Assembly: GCA_028826165.1 (NCBI GenBank)
Contig: JAPDFW010000091.1
Coordinates: 124,001 to 188,000 of the forward strand
Length of the DNA: 64,000 nucleotides
Source of the DNA: Anaeramoeba ignava BMAN
Lineage: Eukaryota; Protista; Anaeramoebae
Direction: 5' to 3'
The position numbers were made by a program, and so were the translations under genes. The notes under the pieces are model-generated. The model did no database searches. It was not told where the DNA came from and saw only the letters and a program-made list of their open reading frames with translations. Below are positions 50,330 through 59,911 of the stretch, piece after piece (positions within the stretch are counted from its first letter, which is position 1; every line of letters begins with the position of its first letter).

Positions 50330-52722
50330 AATAAATTTATAATAAAAATATTTAATAAATAAATTATAATTTAATTATAGATCTTTTTTATATTTAAGAA
50401 ATTAAATTATTTTCTATTTCTATTTTTGAATATTTTTTAATTAATTAATTAGATTTAATATCAAATTCAAAAATTATTTTAATAGATTTATAATAAAAAT
50501 ATTTAATAAATAAATTATAATTTAATTATAGATCTTTTTAAATTTAAGAAATTAAATTATTTTTATTCCTATTTTTGAATATTTTTAATTAATTAATTAG
50601 ATTTAATATCAAATCCAAAAATTATTTTAATAAATTTATAATAAAAATATTTAATAAATAAATTATAATTTAATTATAGATCTTTTTATATTTAAGAAAT
50701 TAAATTATTTTTATTCCTATTTTTGATTATTTTTAATTAATAATTTAGATTTAATATCAAATCCAAAAATAATTTTAATAAATTTATTTTAAATTATTTT
50801 AATAAATAAATTATAATTTAATTATAGATCTTTTTAAATTTAAGAAATTAAGTTATTTTCTATTTCTATTTTTGATTATTTTTGATTAATTATTTAAATA
50901 AAATTAATAATTTAGATTTAATATCAAATTCAAAAATAATTTTAATAAATTTATTTTAAATTATTTAATAAATAAATTATAATTTAATTATAGATCTTTT
51001 TAAATTTAAGAAATTAAGTTATTTCTTATTCCTATTTTTGATTATTTTTAATTAATTATTTAGATTTAATATCAAATCCAAAAATTATTTTAATAAATTT
51101 ATTTTAAATTATTTAATAAATAAATTAAAATTTAATTATAGATCTTTTTAAATTTAAGAAATTAAGTTATTTTTATTCCTATTTTTGATTATTTTTAATT
51201 AATTATTTAGATTTAATATCAAATCCAAAAATTATTTTTAATAAATTTATAATAAAAATATTTAATAAATAAATTAAAATTTAATTATAGATCTTTTTAT
51301 ATTTAAGAAATTAAATTATTTTTATTTCTATTTTTGATTATTTTTAATTAATAATTTAGATTTAATATCAAATTCAAAAATTATTTTAATAGATTTTATA
51401 ATAAAAATATTTAATAAATAAATTATAATTTAATTATAGATCTTTTTAAATTTAAGAAATTAAATCATTTCTATTTCTATTTTTGATTATTTTTAATTAA
51501 TAATTTAGATTTAATATCAAATTCAAAAATAATTTTAATAAATTTATAATAAAAATATTTAATAAATAAATTATAATTTAATTATAGATCTTTTTAAATT
51601 TAAGAAATTAAATTATTTTTATTCCTATTTTTGATTATTTTTAATTAATTATTTAGATTTAATATCAAATCCAAAAATTATTTTAATAAATTTATTTTAA
51701 ATTATTTAATAAATAAATTAAAATTTAATTATAGATCTTTTTAAATTTAAGAAATTAAGTTATTTTTATTCCTATTTTTGATTATTTTTAATTAATTATT
51801 TAGATTTAATATCAAATCCAAAAATTATTTTAATAAATTTATAATAAAAATATTTAATAAATAAATTAAAATTTAATTATAGATCTTTTTATATTTAAGA
51901 AATTAAATTATTTTTATTTCTATTTTTGATTATTTTTAATTAATAATTTAGATTTAATATCAAATTCAAAAATAATTTTAATAAATTTATAATAAAAATA
52001 TTTAATAAATAAATTATAATTTAATTATAGATCTTTTTAAATTTAAGAAATTAAGTTATTTTTATTCCTTTTTGATTATTTTTAATTAATTATTTAAATA
52101 AAATTAATAATTTAGATTTAATATCAAATTCAAAAATAATTTTAATAAATTTATAATAAATTATTTAATAAATAAATTAAAATTTAATTATAGATCTTTT
52201 TAAATTTAAGAAATTAAATTATTTTCTATTTCTATTTTTGATTATTTTTAATTAATTATTTAAATAAAATTAATTATTTAGATTTAATTTCAAATTCAAA
52301 AATAATTTTAATAAATTTATAATAAAAATATTTAATAAATAAATTATAATTTAATTATAGATCTTTTTAAATTTAAGAAATTAAGTTATTTTCTATTTCT
52401 ATTTTTGAATATTTTTAATTAATTATTTAAATAAAATTAATAATTTAGATTTAATTTCAAATTCAAAAATAATTTTAATAAATTTATTTTAAATTATTTA
52501 ATAAATAAATTATAATTTAATTATAGATCTTTTTTAAATTTAAGAAATTAAATTATTTTTTATTCCTATTTTTGATTATTTTTTAATTAATTATTTAGAT
52601 TTAATATCAAATCCAAAAATTATTTTAATAAATTTATTTTAAATTATTTAATAAATAAATTAAAATTTAATTATAGATCTTTTTTGAATTTAAGAAATTA
52701 AGTTATTTTTTATTCCTATTTT
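50330..52722. repeat. AT-rich tandem satellite, ~148-bp unit (some units ~157-176 bp), ~16 copies, each with AGATCT
   Basis: Anchor AATTATAGATCTTTTT recurs near 50378, 50528, 50676, 50824, 50991, 51138, 51288, 51436, 51584, 51733, 51880, 52028, 52191, 52348, 52524 and 52674. Confidence 0.95.
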
Positions 52723-52789
52723 AAAAATTTGCTTTATTAAAAGAAAATTGAATTTAATTGAAAAAAAAAAGTGGAATGAAAAATTAAAT

Positions 52790-54440
52790 TTAGAAAAATT
52801 GAGTAAGATTTGGATCTGTTGTTAATTCTTGAATTGATTTAAGTTTTAAAATTGCCAATTCAAATCCTAATTGAGTTTTTTGAGATTTTTCAAGATTTTT
52901 TTGTAAATGAGATTCTAATTCATTATATTTATCTTTATTCCTTTCTCTTTCAGTTTTTAATCTATCAGCTAATTTTGAAATATGAGTTTGATTTGATTTA
53001 TTACATTCTTCAAAAACTCTTTTGATTTTATTCAGTTCTTCAACAATTTTTTTTTCCAATTTAGGATTCTCTTGTGATCTTATAATGGACTTAATTTTAT
53101 CAATGCTGTCATCCAAATCCATTTCAAATTCATCATTCGAAATGAGCAAAACACTTGACATTTGTGTTGATGTATCTTTTATTGGAATGTCTTGTATGTC
53201 TTGTTTTTCTTGCTTGTCTTGTTTGTCTTTTTTTTCTTGTTTTATCTCAATGTCTGAATTTTCAGTTGTTGATTTAAAGTCATCAACTGCAAAAGTGTCA
53301 AAGTCTTGTTGTGAATTTTCTGATTCATCTTTTGATAGTGTTTTTGCTTTATCTGCTACTGGTTTAATAAAAAAAGATGCTTCTTCTCCAAGATCAAATG
53401 TTTTTACAATATTTGGTCCAGAAACTGGTCTTGTATAACCTTGAAGAACAAATTTTCCGGCCCAATTTATTGGCGTTAACCAAACCTAAAAAAAAAACAA
53501 TCAAATTTTATTTTTTTTTTAATATTTTTTTTTTGGATTTTTTTTTGATCTTTTTTTATTTTTATTTAAATTATTTTTATCCCTTTATTTAATTTTTATT
53601 TTATTTTTATTTTATTTTTATTTTATTTGATCTTATTTGTTAATTTAATCCCCCTTTTATTTTTCAATTAAATTTTTCAATTAAATTTTTCAATTAGAGT
53701 TTTTAATTGTTTTTGATCATTGTATTTAATTTTTTGAAATTAAATTAAATTGAAATAATAGTTTTGAATAAAAAATTATTAGAATTAAAAAATAAAAAAA
53801 AAGTCAAAAAACAAACGTGACACCAAAACTCTTTTCCATTTAAATCAACATGAAGAAAGTCAAAATCATAAAAACCTTCAGGTGATCTTTGATCAAAAAA
53901 AAAAAAATGAAATGATTTAAAAAAATTAAAAAGAAGAGTGAGTTGTTTTTATGTTTTTATGTTTTTATGTTTTTATGTTTTTATGTTTTTATGTTTTTAT
54001 GTTTTTATGTTTTTATGTTTTTGTTTTTGTTTTGTTTTTGTTTTTATATTATTTTTGTTTTTGTTTTTGTTTTTGTTTTTGTTTTTAGATTTTTATGTTT
54101 TTGTTTTTTTAGATTAAAAGAAAAAAAAATTTTTCACTTTTCTTTTTTTAAAGTTCCACAAAACTTACTCAAAAGCAGTTTTAACAATAATAGGAGCAAC
54201 TTCTTTTGTGGGCATTTTAAAAAAAGGTTGATATTCAGCAGATAAACCAGGAGGGCCTCTTGAAACAATATCTTTCATATTTTTTGCTTTAAATGCTTTG
54301 ATCGCTGCTTTATTTGCAAATACAAAATTTGCTTTATCATTTGCTAATATAATCGGTTCAGAACATTCATTTATTAATCTTTTGTACTCTTTTGTTTGCT
54401 TTTTTGCTAGTTTTTTTTTTGCTGCATTTGCTTGTCCCAT
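52790..54440 (-). CDS. Myristoylated PAS-domain/coiled-coil protein, divergent paralogue E, 3 exons
   Basis: Exons 54440-54169, 53886-53817, 53485-52790: MGQANA..EPIILANDKANFVFANKAAIKAF..PPGLSAEYQP..FE|SPEGFYDFDFLHVDLNGKEFWCH|VWLTPINWAGKFVLQGYTRPV, followed by the shared coiled-coil tail. Confidence 0.88.
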
Positions 54441-54889
54441 TTTTTTTTATTTTAAAATTTTTAAATAAATTTTTTGGATCGAAAAAAAAAAAATGAAAAA
54501 AAAAAAAAAAAAAATAAAAATAAAATAATGTTTGAAAAGTCAAAAAAAAAAAAACAAATCATTCTTGTTTCTTCTTTAAAAAATATTATAAATTTTCTAT
54601 TTATCTTTTTATTAAATTGATCATTAGATCTAATAATTGAATTTTTAATTAAAATTTAAATGAAAAATAAAAAAAAGAAAATTTTACTTATTTTTTTTTT
54701 TAATCCCTTTTACACGTAATAATCCTATTTTTTCTTTTTTTTAATTAATAAAAAAAGAATCTAAATTAAATTTTTTAATTGAAAAAAAATTTTGAGTTTT
54801 TTTTTTTTCTCCATTTTTTTTTCTCCATTTTTTCTTTTAATTTGTTTTTTTAAAATTCATTTTTTTTCTTTCTTATATATTTTGTCTAT

Positions 54890-57800
54890 ATGTCTTTTCA
54901 AGAAATAAATGAGTAAAATTTAAATTAAAATCAATTCAAAAAATTAAAATTAAAATTAAAATTTTAAATTAAAATTTAAAGTGAAAATGAATTATTAATT
55001 CGAAATATCAAACAACTTTATAAAAGATGGGAAGATCTTTATTCTTTTTCAAATACAAAAAATACAGAAGAATTAAATTATATTAAACATCAAATTGATA
55101 CTGAATTAAATAGTTTAGAAGAAAATTTAACGCAAAAAAATGATTTTATTTTAAGTTTAGAAATGAATTTTGAAAATTATACTTTAAATTCACAAGAATT
55201 ACAACCTCAAAAAAAAGTATATTTAATAACCAATATTATTTTAAATTTCAAAATAAATTTCAAAACAAATTTAATAATAAATTAATAATAAATTTAATAA
55301 CAAATTTCAAAACACATTTCAAAACAAATTTAAAAACAATTTTAACAACAAATTTAAAAACAATTTTAACAACAAATTTAAAAACAAATTTCATAATAAA
55401 TTTAATAACAAATTTAATAATAAATTTAATAATAAATTTAATAATAAATTTAACAATAAATTTAATAACAAATTTAAAAATAATTTTAATAATAAATTTA
55501 AAAACAAATTTAACAACAAATTTAATAATAAATTTAATAATAAATTTAATAATAAATTTAATAACAAATTTAATAATAAATTTAACAGTAAATTTAAAAA
55601 CAATTTTAATAATAAATTTAATAATAAATTTAACAATAAATTTAATAATAAATTTAATAATAAATTTAATAATAAATTTCAAAAACAAATTTCAAAACAA
55701 ATTTCAAAACAATTTTCAAAAACAAATTTAATAATAAATTTAAAATAAATTTAATAATAAATTTAAAAATAAATTTAATAATAAATTTAAAAATAAATTT
55801 AATAATAAATTTAATAATAAATTTAATAATAAATTTAACAACAAATTTAATAATAAATTTAACAACAAATTTCAAAACAAATTTAATAACAAATTTAACA
55901 ATAAATTTAACAATAAATTTAAAAACACGTTTAATAACAAATTTAATAATAAATTTAACAATAAATTTAACAATAATTTTAATAACAAATTTAATAATAA
56001 ATTTAATAATAAATTTAATAATAAATTTAATAACAAATTTAATAATAAATTTAACAATAAATTTAATAACAAATTTAATAATAAATTTAATAACAAATTT
56101 AATAATAAATTTAACAATAAATTTAATAACAAATTTAATAATAAATTTAACAATAAATTTAACAATAATTTTAATAACAAATTTAATAATAAATTTAATA
56201 ATAAATTTAATAATAAATTTAAAAACAAATTTCAAAAACAAATTTAACAACAAATTTAATAACAAATTTAATAATAAATTTAACAACAATTTTCAAAACA
56301 AATTTAATAATAAATTTAAAAATAAATTTAAAAACAAATTTAAAAACAAATTTAAAAACAATTTTAATAATAAATTTAATAATAAATTTAAAAACAAATT
56401 TAATAATAAATTTAAAAATAAATTTAATAATAAATTTAAAAACAAATTTCAAAAACAAATTTCAAAACAAATTTAATAATAAATTTAAAAATAATTTTAA
56501 TAATAAATTTAACAACAAATTTAATAACAAATTTAATAACAATTTTAAAAACAAATTTAATAACAAATTTAAAAACAAATTTAATAATAAATTTAATAAT
56601 AAATTTAATAACAAATTTAAAAGAAATTTAAAAACAAATTTAATAACAAATTTAATAACAATTTTAATAATAAATTTAATAATAATTTTAATAACAAATT
56701 TTGAAATAATTTTAATAATTTTAATAATAAATTTAATAACAAATTTAAAAACAATTTTCAAAACAAATTTCAAAACAAATTTAATAATAAATTAAATAAT
56801 AAATTTAATAACAAATTTTAACAATAAATTTAATAATAAATTTAATAATAAATTTAATAATAAATTTAATAACAATTTTAATAATAAATTTAATAATAAA
56901 TTTAAAAACAAATTTCAAAACAAATTTAATAATAAATTTCATAATAAATTTAATAATAATTTTAATAATAAATTTAAAAACAAATTTAATAATAAATTTC
57001 AAAACAAATTTAAAAATAAATTTAACAACAAATTTCAAAACAAATTTAATAACAAATTTATTAACAAATTTAAAAACAAATTTCAAAACAAATTTAAAAA
57101 CAATTTTAACAACAAATTTAAAAACAAATTTCAAAACAATTTTAATAATAAATTTAACAACAAATTTATAAATAAATTTAATAACAAATTTAATAATAAA
57201 TTTAACAACAAATTTAATAACAAATTTAATAAATTTTGAAATAATTTTAATAATAAATTTAATAATAAATTTATAAATAAATTTAACAACAATTTTCAAA
57301 ATAAATTTAACAACAATTTTCAAAACAAATTTAATAATAATTTTCAAAATAAATTTAATAATAAATTTAATAACAAATTTAATAATAAATTTAATAATAA
57401 ATTTAATAATAAATTTAAAAACAAATTTATAAATAAATTTAACAATAAATTTAATAACAAATTTCAAAACAAATTTAAAAACAAATTTAATAACAAATTT
57501 AAAAACACGTTTTTTCTTCCAAAAGTTTATTCAAAATGGTTTTGAGTTTATTCATAAAATTCAACATAAAATGAGCAACCAAATTACAAATAAAATAAGA
57601 GATGAAAACAAAAAGAACAAAATACTTTCTATTCAAGATAAACCTGCTTTAGTAAAATTTAGACTGAAAATTTTAATTGAAATAATTTTAATTTTAATTT
57701 TAATTTTAATTTCAATTTTAATTTTAATTTCAAATTCAAATTGGAATTTTTTAGATGAATGGAAAAAAAGTAAAAATAATTGGTTTTGAAGAAGAAATAA

Positions 57801-58427
57801 TTCAAAAACAAAACCAAAATCAAAATGAAAATGAAAATCAAACAGGAAATCAAGTTCAAGAAAAAGTATTAAATGAAAAAATTTTAATCAAAAAAAAAAT
57901 ATAATTTTTGAATTAAAATTTTGAATTCAAAAAAAAAAATGAATAGATTTTATTAGAACAACAAAATAAAACATTAGAAGATTTATCACAAAGAATTCAA
58001 AATATTGGAGATCGAGGATTACAAATTTCTGATGAATTATCTCAACAAATTTCACTTATAAATGATTATGATAATGAAACTGCTGCTGTAAATGAAAAAA
58101 TGATTCGAGTAAACAAAACTTTATCAAAATTTATTTATGGCAATCCTTGTAATTAATTCATTTTAAATTTTTTATCCGATTTTTAAATTTTAATTTTAAT
58201 TTTAAAATGAATTTTAATTATAATTTTAATTTTAATTTTAATTATAATTTTAATTTTAATTTTAATTTTAATTTTAATTTTAATTTAATTTTAATTTCAA
58301 TTTTAAAATTAATTTCAAAATGAATTTTAATTTTAATTTTAATTTAGGTTGTTGTAAATTCTGCTTGATTTCTTTTTTGTTAATACTTTTAGGATTGTTT
58401 CTTTTACTTATTTTTTTATTTAAATAG
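54890..58427 (+). CDS. STX6: Syntaxin-6/Tlg1/SYP61-like Qc-SNARE, 6 exons (not in the ORF track as a unit)
   Basis: Exons begin at 54890, 54982, 57526, 57755, 57947 and 58348. Syntaxin-6 N domain (QLYKRWEDL..ELNSLEENL..ELQPQKK|FI), SNARE motif (EQQNKTLEDLSQRIQNIGDRGLQISDELSQQISLI), Cys cluster and C-terminal TM. Confidence 0.85.
55250..57505. repeat. 12-bp minisatellite (AAATTTAATAAT / AAATTTAA(T/A)AAC variants) filling the 2.3-kb STX6 intron 2
   Basis: Directly visible; intron 55217-57525. Confidence 0.95.
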
Positions 58428-58552
58428 ATTAAAATCAAAACAAAATCAAAAGAAAATTTTTTTTTTGATTTTTCATTTTTGAAATTATTTTTAAAAAAAG
58501 TGAAAAAAAAAGAACAACAAAAAAAATATCTTTTCAAATTTCAAAAGAAAAT

Positions 58553-59395
58553 TTAATTCGTTTCATTTTGATTTTGAAAAAAAGATTGATAACGATCTCT
58601 ATCTTTTATAGAAGGTGAATGTTCAAAATCAATTTCAGAAACTGGAATTTTGCGACCAGATTTAAGTCTCATTTGATGAGTTAATGGACTTTCTTTATTT
58701 TTTTCTTCTTCTTGAATAGCTTCAACAATTGGTCTTAAAATTCTTCTCTATTTTAATATTAATTTTGATTTTAATTTTATAAATGAATTTTATAAATGAA
58801 TTTTAATTTTAATTTTAATTTTAATTTTGATTTTAATTTTAATTTTAATTTTAATTTTAATTTTAATTTTAATTTTAATTTTAATTTTAATTTTAATTTT
58901 AATTTTAATTTTAATTTTAATTTTAATTTTAAATTTTAATTTTAATTTTGATTTTAATTATAATTTTAAATTTTAATTTTAATTTTAATTTTAATTTTAA
59001 TTTAAATTTTAATTTTAATTTTAATTTTAATTTTAATCTTAATTTTAATTTTAATTTTAATTTTAATTTAAATTTAAATTTTAATTTTAATTTTAATTTT
59101 AATTTTAATTTTAATTTTAATTTTAATTTTAATTTAAATTGAAATAAAGAAAATTTACTCTTGCGTTAATAAAAAAATGATTAACTTGATCAAGATTCAT
59201 ATTCGCTTTTTCACAAAGTTCTTGTTTTTCTTTCTTTGAAGGATAAGGATTTTGAATGTTATAAAAAAGCCAAATTAAAAGTATTCTTTTACTTTCAGTT
59301 GGAAGAAGAAGTGCTTGTGGATCTTTTTCAAGTTTATATGTTTCAATTTTTCTTTTAGATTTTGAACGTGTTGTAATTTTTTCTTTGTTAGACAT
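58553..59395 (-). CDS. TALE-class homeodomain transcription factor, 2 exons
   Basis: Exons 59395-59159 and 58747-58553: LPTESKRILLIWLFYNIQNPYPSKKEKQELCEKANMNLDQVNHFFINAR|RRILRP (PYP loop, Ile50). Confidence 0.92.
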
Positions 59396-59911
59396 TACAA
59401 AAATAATATTAAAAAAATGAAAAAAAATGAAAAATGAAAAATAAAAAATAATTTTTTTTAATTAAAAAGTTTTTGTTTTTCTTTGTTGTTTTTTTTTTTT
59501 TTGACTTGATCAGAATTTTGTTTTTAATCAAATTGTTTATAAATTTTGTTTTGTTTTTATTTTTTTGTTTTTCTTTTATTAAAATTTATTTGATTTATAA
59601 TATAAAAAAAAAGTGTTGAAAAAAGCAAAATAATTTTAAATTGAAATTGATTTAGAAATTGATTTATAAATTGAAATTGATTTAGAAATTGATTTAGAAA
59701 TTGATTTAGAAATTGATTTATAAATTGATTTATAAATTGATTTATAAATTGATTTAGAAATTGATTTAGAAATTGATTTAGAAATTGATTTAGAAATTGA
59801 AATTGATTTATAAATTGATTTATAAATTGATTTTGATTTATAAATTGATTTAGAAATTGATTTTGAAATTGATTTTGAAATTGATTTTGAAATTGATTTT
59901 GAAATTGATTT

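Noticed and set aside
55260-57467. Long minus-strand ORFs (KFII/LLNL repeats) and similar ones at 11490-12429, 15034-15423, 18522-18950, 32013-32252, 43163-43469, 59557-60342, 62019-62472
   Set aside because: Translations of intronic or intergenic microsatellites, or shadow frames of real genes; no protein-like complexity.
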